In this document: in pieces, positions 1 to 12,840 of the stretch
Layout of the letters: each line of letters opens with the position of its first letter
How positions within the stretch are numbered: position 1 is the first letter of the stretch
Source of the DNA: Eledone cirrhosa
Lineage: Eukaryota
DNA length: 64,000 nt
NCBI GenBank assembly: GCA_964016885.1
Contig: OZ024741.1
Location: forward strand, 112,158,001 to 112,222,000
Direction: 5' to 3'
The notes under the pieces: generated by a model
Database searches by the model: none
What the model saw: the letters and a program-made list of their open reading frames with translations, nothing else
Told to the model about the DNA's origin: nothing
Translations under genes and position numbers: made by a program

Positions 1-150
1 ACGCACGAAAGTACCCAATACTTAGGGTAGTAGAGTGGGTAATAGGAACAAGTATGACCCTGACGGCAGAGCTCAAGCCCTTTCGACGGCTAATTCTATT
101 TAAGCGGTGGCTAAAGGCTACATGCTAAAAATCTGTTTTCCTGTGAATAC
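1..150 (-). mobile_element. PLE-terminus-like repeat family (3' end with partial HHR)
   Basis: The same sequence recurs at 4649-4695, 14340-14420, 15126-15200, 45386-45428 and 45484-45640, always next to (TA)n. The minus strand reads GAAA-GGGC...GCCGTC-AGGGTC, the HHR stem III half. Confidence 0.55.
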
Positions 151-172
151 TCACATTAACATACACACACGC

Positions 173-326
<154 letters not shown>

Positions 327-334
327 GTATGTGT

Positions 335-648
335 ATCAACCAGCGGGTCCTGTCAGAAGCAACCGCCTCCAATTGATCCGGTTGGATCCCCAAAAAGAGA
401 CCAGTCGAGCTCATGGATGTTATCCAACCATCTTGTTCGGGGTTTACCTCTGGGACTCCTGCCGACTGGTTTTGCTCGTAAAATTTGTCCAGCGGTTCTT
501 TCCTGACACATGCCCATAGTATCCGATCTTTACCCCAAGGAGCCTTCCGAGGAACCACATTTCGGCTGCTTGTATTCGCGATCGAATTCTTTCGGTCATT
601 ACCCAAGATTCATATCCATAGGTAAGGTTTGGCACGAATACCAAGTTC
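335..648 (-). mobile_element. RTE-clade LINE 3' fragment (internally deleted)
   Basis: Translates to [30 protein letters not shown] and [18 protein letters not shown], typical of an RTE ORF C-terminus. Confidence 0.8.
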
Positions 649-688
649 TGTATATATATATATAATCTATCTATCCATCTATCTATCT

Positions 689-783
<95 letters not shown>

Positions 784-810
784 GTCTATATATCTATAGA
801 TATAATATAT

Positions 811-958
811 AGGCCCCGAACAAAATGGTTGGATAACATCCATAAGCCTGACTGTTCTCCCTTGGGGATCCAGCCGGATGAATTGGAGACGGTTGCTTCT
901 GACTGGACCCACTCGTTAGAGTGTTTGAGGACTCTGCCCCCACGACCCTCAGAAGAAT
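811..958 (+). mobile_element. Second RTE C-terminal fragment of the same family, opposite orientation
   Basis: Reverse-complement similar to 335-447; reads RPRTKWLDNIH...LGIQPDELETVASD. Confidence 0.7.
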
Positions 959-1069
959 ATATTTGTATATACATCCATACGTAAGTAAAAACAATGTATC
1001 AAAAACAATGGCTCGGTAATATGTTACCACACATACACATGCAAACCTTTTATGTCCAGCATGCACACG

Positions 1070-1139
<70 letters not shown>

Positions 1140-1264
1140 CAACGAGGGCTCAATACAGATGTGGAATATGTGCCAATCCATTCTACATTTCTAACTCATG
1201 ATTAAGAATTTTAGGGTTGGATTTCTATGATGTCCCAATTGTTCGCTCAACGGAAGAGCATGTT

Positions 1265-1440
1265 AGGGAAGTCAACATACAAGTTGGTGATCATTCCATT
1301 AGACACGTGTACCCTTAATGTAGTTCTGAGAGAGATACACTGTGACACTGTATGTAACAAGGCTGATTCTTTGAATTACAAGCTCACCTCAATTTTGCCA
1401 GCATAGTGGGCAGGAGCAACGTGAAATATAGTGCCGCCGG
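1265..1440 (-). mobile_element. SINE family A fragment (body)
   Basis: Aligns by eye to the fuller copy at 27620-27890. Confidence 0.65.
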
Positions 1441-1629
1441 AAATATATATATATGTGTGTGTGTATACAATTTTTAATATAGAAATGACTTCTACAGGAC
1501 TAGAACTGTTTCATTCGAAGGAAATTATCCTGATGATTTCCTTCGAATGAAACAGTTCTAGTCCTGTAGAAGTCATTTCTATATTAAAAATTGTATACAC
1601 ACACACATATATATATATATTTCCGGTGG

Positions 1630-1631
<2 letters not shown>
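1432..1631. repeat. Near-perfect palindrome of HHR-bearing mini-element family P1
   Basis: Arms 1432-1528 and 1532-1631 are reverse complements. The + arm contains CTGATGA-TTTCCTTCGAAT-GAAAC-AGTTCTA-GTC at 1530-1563. Confidence 0.85.
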
Positions 1632-1678
<47 letters not shown>

Positions 1679-1680
<2 letters not shown>

Positions 1681-2128
1681 GATATTAAATAAATGGAAAC
1701 TATATTTATAAAACCATATCTATTTCATTATATATATTTCAGGGATATCATATTAACAATATGTTATGCCTTCTTCAGACAAAATACAATATAGACAGTT
1801 TTATAGATAAATAGATTTGACATACCGTTCAACATCGACTTGTATTTGAAAAAGTTGATTTGGCAGTGATTTTTTCAAATACAAGTCGATGTTGAACGGT
1901 ATGTCAAATCTATTTATCTATAAAACTGTCTATATTGTATTTTGTCTGAAGAAGGCATAACATATTGTTAATATGATATCCCTGAAATATATATAATGAA
2001 ATAGATATGGTTTTATAAATATAGTTTCCATTTATTTAATATCGTAAATATACTCCAAATACTTGTTGAGTGCTTTTATATCAGTTATAAATATTTATTG
2101 TAACCCAACAATTTAAATATAACTTTCC
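1679..2128 (+). mobile_element. Fold-back PLE terminus: 175-bp inverted arms plus 3' tail, in (TA)n
   Basis: 1679-1853 is the reverse complement of 1871-2045 around a 17-bp spacer. The tail 2046-2128 contains TTGAGTGC. (TA)n flanks both sides. Confidence 0.85.
1938..2003 (+). ncRNA. Type I hammerhead ribozyme (mirror copy 1721-1786 on -)
   Basis: Stem I TATTTTGT/ATGAAATA (extendable), core CTGAAGA, stem II AGG/CCT, GAAAT-ATAT-ATA. Predicted cleavage after 1995. Confidence 0.85.
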
Positions 2129-2243
2129 ATATATATATATATATATATCTGTGTGTGTATGTATGTATGTATATAGATATGTATATATATGTATATATTT
2201 AATATAAATATATATATATGTATATTTATATATATCTATCTAT

Positions 2244-2565
2244 CTAAGGCGGGTAAAATTCCCGAGATCCATGGACGAGTTCTCTCCAGCGGTCTCTGTC
2301 CCTCATTATCGCTGCCATGTCCTGCATCTCCAACAGACCAGTGTCTGTCCTTAGGGCATCAACATACGTTAACCTTGGTCTTCCTCTTCTAGTGTGTCCA
2401 TGTAGGGTGCTACACGAGAATGCTGAGGATGGCTCTGAACATTAATCAGTATACACTGAGGATGAAAAACTCAGAGCTGTATGAGAGCATCCCAAAAGTC
2501 AGCTCAAAAGTGACACAGAGGAGACTGAGGTTGGCTGGACATGCTCACCGACATCCAGAGTTGAC
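2244..2565. mobile_element. RTE-like LINE 3' end with 5' inversion
   Basis: Minus 2403-2244 reads HGHTRRGRPRLTYVDALRTDTG...RDRWRELV, then a stop and (TAGA)n. Plus 2405-2562 reads GCYTRMLRMALNI...RRLRLAGHAHRHPEL. Confidence 0.85.
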
Positions 2566-2566
2566 A

Positions 2567-2601
<35 letters not shown>

Positions 2602-2619
2602 TATTCACTGTTATATATA

Positions 2620-2759
2620 CACAAGGATAAATATATATCAAATATATAAGAACCGTAGAGCAAATATTTATTAAAATAACAGGTTAAAGTTTAAGCAAAG
2701 AATCGTTGCTTTCACCCTTAACGGGATCTTCTGAAACTAACAAAGTCAATATATATATA

Positions 2760-2810
<51 letters not shown>

Positions 2811-2983
2811 ATATATATCAGAGCAGCGCCTTTGGCTGCAATACAGGTAGTAGGTCACTTCAAAATTGTTTACAAAATATGTTTACAGATACACAAGCAT
2901 GTTTAAACATGTTTGCATGCAAATGTGCACATGCACACCAGGCGCGTACACACATATGCATATATATCTACACATACACACAT

Positions 2984-3034
<51 letters not shown>

Positions 3035-3180
3035 CACACACTCGCCAAACTGTTTACGCACATACATATGTTTACGTACATGTACATTACATGCAACCAT
3101 GTTGCACATGTAAACGCAAGCATCTATGTTCTATCATATGAATATACTCACACGTAAATATATAGTCGGACACACACATA

Positions 3181-3219
<39 letters not shown>

Positions 3220-3234
3220 ATATATATATGCATG

Positions 3235-3271
<37 letters not shown>

Positions 3272-3556
3272 ATATATATATGCATGTATATATATATATA
3301 TATATATAGTAATAATAATAATAAATTTGAAGACTAAAATCCAAAGAGGGCTCGATAAGGATAAATATATATCAAATATATAAGAACCGTAGAGCAAATA
3401 TTTATTAAAATAACATTAAAATAACGTTGCAATGTTTTTTGAAATATCCACTTCTGCGTTTACAGATTGACTTTGTCAGTTTCAGAAGATCCCGTTAAGG
3501 GTGAAAGCAGCGATTCTTTGCTTAAACTTTAACCTGTTATTTTAATAAATATATAA
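2620..3556. repeat. Two copies of a PLE-terminus-like family (2620-2750 and fold-back 3358-3556) with a variant HHR core
   Basis: 3466-3556 is the reverse complement of 2663-2750. It contains CAGAAGA-T-CCC-GTTAA-GGG-T-GAAAG...TTC (3483-3516). Confidence 0.6.
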
Positions 3557-3626
<70 letters not shown>

Positions 3627-3759
3627 AAGGTATATATTGAGTTGGAAACTCAAAATAGTCTCTTACAATTAAATACCTCAAAGAAAGAGGTTTTTCTGAG
3701 CCGTGTAATATAATTGAATGTAAAAGAGAGATAAAGAGAGATATAAACATGTATGTGTT

Positions 3760-3817
<58 letters not shown>

Positions 3818-3978
3818 TAAAGATAGTTTCCATGTATTAATATCATTTTTATATATATTTAATTATTTTTACATGACTCCGGAGTAACCAAACCAACCTG
3901 CGTACTTCATCCAGTGCTCCAATCTGCATACTGAGGTGTCGGTAAACAACCAGCTTAAACTGAAAAGAAAAAAAAATG

Positions 3979-4011
<33 letters not shown>

Positions 4012-4020
4012 TTATATGTA

Positions 4021-4553
4021 AAAAAAGGTAAACAGAAATAACAACACAATCGGTACAGTATATGGAAGGTATATATTAGGTTAAGGCTTCATATAGCAGG
4101 AAGAGGGTCTCAACGTTTCGGATGATAGTTCTTTATCAGAAGAAAGCATGAGAAATAAGGGGACGGGCGGGATGGAATTGGAAAAAATCTCTTTAGATAA
4201 AAATATTAGGTCAATTCATGTTGACATCTCTTGCAAAACACACACATAGGTATATATAAGCATATAAACAGACATATAGGCATATGTATGCCTATGTTAT
4301 ATATTTATATGCCTATCCACGTTTCTAATAAAGCATAACAAAACGCCAGCAGCAACAGTTTTCCAAGAGATAAAAACATTTTTTCCGATTCCTACCTGCC
4401 TGTAACTTCAATCTTTCTTATTTCTCATCCTTTCTTCTGATGAAAGACAAGCGTTCGAAAAGTTAAGACCCTCTTCCTGCTATTTCAAGCGTTAAACTAA
4501 TATATCCCTTCTATATACTGTTCCGTTTGTGTTGTTATTTCTGTTAACTTTTA
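4021..4553. mobile_element. Fold-back PLE terminus, diverged ~140-bp arms each with a decayed minimal HHR
   Basis: 4021-4160 is inverted relative to 4416-4553; both match the intact copy at 12789-12927. Confidence 0.75.
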
Positions 4554-4587
4554 CACACACACACACACATATATATGTATATATGTA

Positions 4588-4650
<63 letters not shown>

Positions 4651-4694
4651 CGAAGGAAATGTGGTAAGGAACCAGATGGACCATAACGCACCAA

Positions 4695-4811
<117 letters not shown>

Positions 4812-4817
4812 CATACA

Positions 4818-4857
<40 letters not shown>

Positions 4858-4883
4858 CATACATATATATATATACATATACA

Positions 4884-5063
<180 letters not shown>

Positions 5064-5065
5064 GT

Positions 5066-5184
5066 GAAGGCGTGTCGCTGAGTGGTTAGAGAATTGGATT
5101 CGCAATCGTAAGGTTGTGAGTTCGATTCCTGGACCAGGCGACGCGTTATGTCCTTGAGCAAGACACTTTATTTCACGTTGCTTC
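5066..5184 (+). mobile_element. tRNA-derived SINE family A (head plus CORE-like segment)
   Basis: A box (CGCTGAGTGG), B box (GAGTTCGATTCC), then TGTCCTTGAGCAAGACACTT, which resembles the CORE-SINE domain. Confidence 0.8.
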
Positions 5185-5344
5185 TTCTACCTGGAGTTGC
5201 GACCGATAGATAGTATTAGCAATTGGAAAGACCAACGGAAACATTGTTCCCTCGGTCCGATTTGACGAAAGTCGATCGTTCCTTAATATGTATATATATA
5301 TATATATATATATACTTGAGCTCAGCCGTCGGGTCCTACTTGTT

Positions 5345-5422
<78 letters not shown>

Positions 5423-5425
5423 CGA

Positions 5426-5508
5426 GGGATCCGACGAGCCGCAAATTACAGAGTAAAGATTGATACAGATCGAACCTTGAGCTGATCAGTGGCGAAACGC
5501 GCGTCACC
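5426..5508 (+). ncRNA. Hammerhead-like motif (U4C variant) in a PLE terminus spanning 5423-5649
   Basis: CCGACGA, stem II GCCGC/GTGGC around a 46-nt insert, GAAAC-GCGC-GTC. Stem I is weak. Tail motif CGAGTGC at ~5600. Confidence 0.65.
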
Positions 5509-5647
5509 AAACAATAAATGTTATGAAGGAGTAATCAATTGTCCTTGTTATCTTTTCACTATAATACATTCTGTCTAGCTCTACGCCTTATCTAAACATC
5601 GAGTGCTCAGCCGGGTGAACCTACATTAACTCCAAGTTACACTCCCT

Positions 5648-5702
<55 letters not shown>

Positions 5703-5762
5703 TATAAGCATATATATGTGTACACATATATACTTATATATATAGACACATCTATGGATATG

Positions 5763-5806
<44 letters not shown>

Positions 5807-5999
5807 AAAAAGTCTGTGGTGGTGAGACCGCGGACGCCACCAATTATGGAAGTACTCTATGCATGGGGAGATAAAGAGTGGGTATAGGGGTATGTAAAAT
5901 TCGACGACGCGGCGCTAAGCCGAAACCGCCTTGTGTCGCGGTTGTGATTTTACATATCTCCCTCCTTCTCTCGCTCTATACACACACACACATATATAT

Positions 6000-6099
<100 letters not shown>

Positions 6100-6212
6100 C
6101 ATGTATTAAGTAAGAAACTCAAAATAGTATTTTTCAACCTAGCTAACTTGGTCATTTGCAATTCGAACACATGTATACTTGTATCGGTGTTCACCCTTCT
6201 CATATATTCAAT

Positions 6213-6243
<31 letters not shown>

Positions 6244-6300
6244 CATCATCATCATCATCATCATTTCATTTTACATCCGCTTCTCCCTGCTTGCAAGGGT

Positions 6301-6372
<72 letters not shown>

Positions 6373-6980
6373 TATATACATACATATATATATGTATGTA
6401 TCTATGTATGCATCCGGGAGAGATGACCCCTTAGCCTTTGTCAAGGCAGAATTCTAGGAGAAGGAAAACTCTGATATAACACCCGCAACCCTGATGGTAT
6501 CCAATGATGTTGACTTGTTCTTCTTTTTGGTAAATATCATCTTGGTTAAGAGAGTGGGACTGGCTTTGTGCAGTGCCTTTGCTCACTATAAAAGCTTCAC
6601 GGCACAGGCATTGCTTTATATCTGGAGATCTCTCTGCACTTGTCGTCACATGGTACCATGGGCCCAGCACTATGTGTCAATAATTGTCACAAGTGTAGTG
6701 TTTGTACCAGAGTTTTAAAGTCGCTGGCTGGACTAAAAAGTCACACTCGTTCAGCGCATCGGTAGGGGTTCTCCTACATGGATATAAAGTAGTGGCCGTA
6801 CTCGCAAACGAGTTGGCAGCCACCATGTATGCATGTATGTATGTATATATATATATAAATGTATGTATGTATGTATGTATGTATGTATATATATATAATA
6901 TATATATGTATACATATATATATATATATATGTATACGTATATATATATATATTATATATATATATATTATATATATATT

Positions 6981-7053
<73 letters not shown>

Positions 7054-7279
7054 TTGTATGCATGTTAATAAGAGAACAAAACCCAAATCAGATCTAGCCC
7101 AAAACAAGACAGAATATGGAACTAATTGTAAATATTAGTTTCATAAACTTGTGAAGTGAGAAAAGAATATAAAATGTTTTGATCCATACCCTTCTTCATA
7201 GAATTGAGAAAGTGTAGTGAAGGAATATGGGAATACTAGCAAAAAGAGAAAATTTAGGAAAAACAATTGTTAAGGTAAC

Positions 7280-7630
7280 ATTAACACCAATACCAACACC
7301 AAGACCTGCATCATCACCAACATCATCATCATCATCGCGAAAACTACTTCAATACCAATACCAGCATCATCGACACGAATACTATCATCAAGACCACCAA
7401 CTCCAACAACACCAACACCACATCATCATCATCAACACCAACATCAACATCAACACCCCCAACACCACTAACGCCAACAGTATCATCACCAACAACATCA
7501 ATAGCACCAACACCAACGACACCTATATCAACAACACCCACATCACCAAAGCAGTATCATCAACAGCAACATCAACATCGATATCATCACGACTATCTCC
7601 AACATCAACACCATTACCAATATCACCTAT
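7280..7630. repeat. Degenerate (CAH)n trinucleotide low-complexity tract
   Basis: Mixed CAT/CAA/CAC units; similar tracts at 33930-34700 and 37370-37630. Confidence 0.8.
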
Positions 7631-7709
7631 TCACAAACGTGTATTTTATTGACTTAATCATTACCTTGTGAAACTACACACACACATCCTTCTACAATTA
7701 TGTGTCTTA

Positions 7710-8270
7710 CACGGGGTGTGTCAGAAAAGAAACACGACTGGGGTCGCAAAAAACTTATTTCAAATCTAAACTACAAACTACAAGTTTTTGCCCTTCGAAA
7801 CATGCACTCCTGAAAAGATTCTCCCGGGATTCACAGCAGCTCCACGTCCCACTAACGGGTCTCATAGTTGACCCTTTTGAGCTTGGGGAAAAGGGAAATG
7901 TTTGGTTCGGTTTTAAGACGCTCGAGGATGTCCTGAAAGACCTGCATATGCCCTCCTTCTGGTCATCGTTCAGCAGTTTCGGCACCATCTTCGCACAGAT
8001 TTCCTGCAATACTAAATCCTCGGTGATAATCTTCCAAACCCTGTCGCAGTTCATGCCCAGCTCACTTGCGATCGGTTAGATGAACGGTGAGCCGACGATT
8101 GCCACACACCACCTGCCTCTCGCGCTCAACGTTGGCCTCAGTTTTGCTCGTTGAAGACCTTCCGCTCCTGGGGCCATCTTCCACGTTCTCATGTCCTTTT
8201 AACCTTTTGTGCCACTCGAAAATCCGTGAGCGTGACATCGTTTCATTTTCGTACACTTGCAGCAGTATTC
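7710..8270 (-). mobile_element. Mariner transposon remnant (N-terminal HTH of transposase plus one TIR)
   Basis: MSRSRIFEWHKR...EDGPRSGRSSTS...RRLTV, then IITEDL...CAKMVPKLL (the WVPxxL linker). TIR-like GGGGTGTGTCAGAAAAG at ~7712. Confidence 0.85.
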
Positions 8271-8279
8271 CGAGTATTC

Positions 8280-8700
8280 CAACTATAGAGGAATCTCTTT
8301 GTTAAACCTCCCGGTAAAGTCTATGCTAAGTGTCTGACAATGAGATGTGGGAATATTGTCGATTCCAAGCTAGGTGATGAATAGTGTAAATTTTTCCACG
8401 GATACAACACAACTGACCAATTGTGGATGTATGGCCAAGAGGTGCTTGTTTCGTAGACCTTGGAAAAGCAAATGATTACATTCCACGGAACTTATTGTGG
8501 AAGGTTCAGCATGAGCATGGGATCGATGGACAGCTTTTTGTTTGCCTGATGTCTCTATACGAATGGCCTGGTATTTGTGTTCGTATAAATGATGCTAAGT
8601 CGAAACCATTAAATTTGTGTGTCAGACTCAACCAATTGTACTTTCTGATACCTTCCTGTTCATTATCTTCATAGACAAGATTGACATGCGCGACTGAGTT
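8280..8700 (+). pseudogene. RTE reverse transcriptase fragment
   Basis: YRGISLLNLPGKVYAK...TTDQL...CFVDLGKANDYIPRNLLWKV, with stop codons. Confidence 0.75.
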
Positions 8701-8799
8701 GGTAAGGCTCTAAAGAAAGGGATGTTTCCGCCGTCCTTTGACTCTTACAAATTTTTTTACAGATCTTGAAGGTCCGAGATATCGTGCTCATTTCTAGCT

Positions 8800-10500
8800 T
8801 ATGAATTCTTTTAAAAATATCCATGTTCAATAATAATTGGCTCCAATGAAACGGGACGTATCTTTTTGAAACTGGATCTGTTAACTCCTCATCAATGGTC
8901 CGCCTTCTCTTGTACCTTTCTTACTACATAAACAGCGAGTGAACATTTAACTTATACAAAGAAAGCATGATTTCAATTTGTGTTGTCGAACAACAATATC
9001 AGGTCTGTTGTGTTTTAATTTGGTAGCGGGTTTTTATTTCTAGGTTCCACTAATATGCCTTTGAGTTGTCAATCTGAATATGTTAATTATAATTCATATT
9101 TTCCGTCTTCCATAGTGCATTCAAGATTGTTCTATTTACCGCGTCATGTCTCACTGACTGGAAGTTAGTAGCGAAAAAACATTCTTTCACAGTCGGCAAT
9201 AATGTTACGAACATATTCAGTCTTTGTTTTGTATAGCCTGCATGTATAGTCAGCTTTCCTCTCTAGTGCAGTAGGTACTTAATGGAAATTTATTGTGCTT
9301 TGATTGCATGGAGATGTCCTTCGAGGTGGGATCTTATAAACTTTTTTGGAATCCTATGTCAGGCGTTTAGTATGGTTTACACCCTCTATTATTTGCATTT
9401 TCCGTCTTTTCCCTGTCCCTTATCACTATATCTTGTCAGTTTTATTAAGGGTTTGACGGGAAAATTCCACCAGTATTCTTTCATATTATGTATGTATATG
9501 TCCTCCACATTGCTGTAACTTTTAATATGGTTATTGCTGGTGCTATCTTTTTTATGGATTGCATTGTATAGCGTTTAGCCACTACGTCATGCCTCATAGG
9601 TAGATAGTACCATGATGGCATCTTTGGATAGCTGCAGATGATATAGGTGACATCTTCGGTTTTAATTCCGTAGAGTCTGCATTTGTTGTCACATCTAGGT
9701 GTTTAGCCTGCACTCCTATCTATTTTGTGAATCAGGAATGGTGTATTGATTTCCTGTTTTGGGATTGCAAAAAACATATCCTTCAAAATGAGAGCCAATA
9801 TAGCGGTTGTTGGTCCAAGATTGCTTATCTATATTACTCTCGCTTTGGAGTCTGCTGGCAACGTATCCATGCATGAATTTTTGCTGATAAGCATGCAGTT
9901 TTTCATCCATGGATTCACTGCGGTATTGCTGGGCAATTTCCTTGGGTGTGAGGTTTTAATTATCATGCAGGGAGTATTTCGCAAGGAACTCCTTCCCAAC
10001 TCTCATGATCTTATCTGTCTCATATAGACAGACATGCTCAATTGATGGGTTCCTACGCTTACTAGTTCGTAAATGTTGTCGGGGGGATATGATGCGACAC
10101 TCAAATGCTTCCTGGGCGGATATTACGTCTCTACCTCCCTGTTTCCGCTTCAGGTGGAGGTGGTCTATATTGCTGTTGATGTGAACATTTCCGCTGTTCT
10201 TTAGGAGTTTTCGGGTTTTAACATTGATAGCTCAGATTTCATCTATCGTACAATCAATATTCCGAATGTTAGTGTTAGGACAGGCACAGTAAACTCATTG
10301 TGGACCATTGTTTCATTGTGCACAGAGTATTCTGATGACCATATTTTTCTTAATCGGGTGTAATATTCCCTGGTTACGCGTTCTTTGTTACAAATTCCAT
10401 CATAGGATAATTTCGCATCTATGCCTAGGTATCGCATCTATGCCTAGGTATCCTCGTCAGATATCGGTTGAACAGTTAGGCCACAGATAAAAATGTTGCT
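8800..10500 (-). mobile_element. Two decayed RLE-type (R4/Dong-like) non-LTR retrotransposon fragments in tandem
   Basis: YLGI...EYYTRLRKIWSSE, SHFEGYVF, a zinc-knuckle region and RHDVVAK (9535-10500). A second copy has SHLEG, RHDAV and KHNRPDIVV (8800-9400). Confidence 0.7.
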
Positions 10501-10716
10501 AGACTGGCTTGTAGATCTTCTTCGCTTTATGTATGTATGTATGTATTGGGCGGTATTAACCCATGATCGGCTTCTAGGTTTTCGAGTATGTTGGTTTCCC
10601 TCTAACAGTTCAAACGTACACCCTGCTACAACAATATATATATATATAATGGGTTTTAGTCCCTGTAGGGCCTATAGGATTCACCTTAATCAGCCTTATG
10701 GATAATATGGCCCCCT

Positions 10717-10750
<34 letters not shown>

Positions 10751-10787
10751 GAAAGATTTGAATGGATACAGTTTAGTTGAAAGGAAT

Positions 10788-10904
10788 TTATTGACACGTG
10801 TTTCTATAACAGTTACATAACCTAAAACAGCTATCTACAAACTTTTAGTTATGCAGACATTCAATATTTCAATGTTATTATTTACTGTCATTTCATCAGA
10901 ATAA
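10788..10904 (-). ncRNA. Type I hammerhead ribozyme
   Basis: TTATT-CTGATGA-A-ATGACAGT...ACTGTTAT-A-GAAAC-ACGT-GTC-AATAA. All stems pair and loop III is palindromic. Confidence 0.85.
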
Positions 10905-11452
10905 TATTACTGAGGACCTATTTAGTTTTTATAGAGAATATTAGGAGGGAGGGGTGAAGTTGTTAGAAGAATAGTTGAAGGAGTGGTTTTTCGATAGCAG
11001 TGAGAATTCTTGGTGGCAGTGAGTAATTAGATTCCCATCTGTTGTTTTGACATTTTTTATAGAATATATTATTGGTTATTTTTCTAAATCTATAGAAGGA
11101 TTAGAGATAGTAAAGATATGCGTGGTTGGTTTTGTGTTTGCACTTAACATTCAGACTTAAATTTTTCTTTCAAGTGTACGTATTCTTTCACCCACGCATT
11201 CACACACAAATATATTTGCACACCTCTACAAAATACATATACTCACAATTCACATATTCATACTTACATATATATACACATGCATACACATATATATACA
11301 CACATGTATTCATGTACATACATACGCGCTCATGTGTATACATTTTCATACTCAACTTATCTTTATATATACACACGTATAGACACACACATATATACAT
11401 ACACACTCTAGTCCATGTGTACACACATACACATACATACACATCCATATAC

Positions 11453-11531
<79 letters not shown>

Positions 11532-11858
11532 CATACATATACATATATACACATATATACATATACACACACATATATATATATATATAAGCACTTTAAT
11601 ACATGAATACACTTACATCTAACTATACACATCAAACATATATATATATTTACTTATTTATATACATTTTCACATATATATACATACTTATGGACGTTTT
11701 TAGACACATTCATTATCGCATATTTGTACCTATTCTCATCAGCATATCTTTTCATTATTAGTATGGTAATTTAAGGTTATTAATATATGTTGAGAAGAGA
11801 TTGTTTTTATATTTTTCTAACTAGATTAAGGTTTATATAGTTGGGGGATGTCCCTCTT

Positions 11859-12119
11859 TTATGTAATATTCTGCTTGTAGTGGGAAAAAAGGGTTTTAGT
11901 TCTGTGACGGCAGAATAATGTTCGTTCAATTCTGTTATTCAGCAGTTTCTTCTTGTGTGTGATTATGTAATAAATCTCAAGATTACACAATTTGCAGAAA
12001 TTTTGGCTCCTGGAAAAGCTTTGGGTTTTAGCTAATTTTTCCCATTTTAGGGTAAACTTTTGATTGCTATCCCTGAGCGTCCAAGCTTTTTCTGCTAAAG
12101 TTGTTACATTTCTTTGGCT
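11859..12119 (-). pseudogene. PLE GIY-YIG endonuclease C-terminal fragment (86 aa, not in the ORF track)
   Basis: Manual translation: TTLAEKAWTLRD...LKWEKL...FCKLCNLEIYYI...LLNNRIE...FCRHR. Homologous to the protein at 48938-49303. Confidence 0.85.
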
Positions 12120-12804
12120 CTATATATATATATCACCGGCAATCTTTCTCCTCATCTGCTTCTCCCGTTTCCTTTCTCTGTCTGAATCTCTTGCCTCCTC
12201 TCTTCTGTCCCTTTCTCCCTATTCCATCCCCCTTAATTTCTCGATCTCACAACTCCAACACATCTTTCTAACCCATTCAACTGTACCCACTAAATCTACC
12301 AACCTCGTGATGTTGTTTCATTTCAAGACTAACGTCCGAATTTATTTATTTTTTCTCCCTCTATTTTCCTCTCGGCTAATTTGTCTTGCACACTGTACTT
12401 CGTTTCATCGCTTTTCACTTTGAGTTAAAAGCACCGCGGTTTGTGTGTACACTATAATTCTTCTATTAGTGTATTTAGTCGAAAAGACACGCTCTGTCCT
12501 ATGCTTAGGTGCGCTGCACTCCAATGTTAGCTGGAGGAAATGATCGTAACTTTAAAGCACGGAAACCATTGTGATCACAAGTATTTAGCTGGCGAAAAGT
12601 GATGTGTCCGTGTTTTTCCAGTGAGCGTACTTGGCGTGTATACACACACACGCGCGCACACACACACACATACACACACATACACACACACATATATATA
12701 TATATATATGAGATGCCAACATGAATGGACCTGTTATTTTTATCTAAAGACATTTTTCCAACGCCCCCCCCCCATCCCTTCAATCTATCTTATTTCACAT
12801 TCTT

Positions 12805-12840
12805 TCTTCTGATGAAGGACTAGCATCCGAAACGTTAAGA
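12805..12840 (+). ncRNA. Minimal type I hammerhead ribozyme in a PLE terminus (12789-12927)
   Basis: TCTT-CTGATGA-A-GGA-CTAGCA-TCC-GAAACGTT-AAGA, with a palindromic AACGTT helix III. Confidence 0.8.

Larger units (their letters stand above)
10751..12120 (-). mobile_element. 5'-truncated Penelope-like element bounded by (TA)n
   Basis: GIY-YIG endonuclease C-terminus at 11859-12119, a long microsatellite-rich 3' region, and an HHR near the 3' end. Confidence 0.75.

Noticed and set aside
5066-5135. tRNA-like sequences (also the heads of other SINE copies)
   Set aside because: No complete cloverleaf, and they continue into SINE bodies; not tRNA genes.
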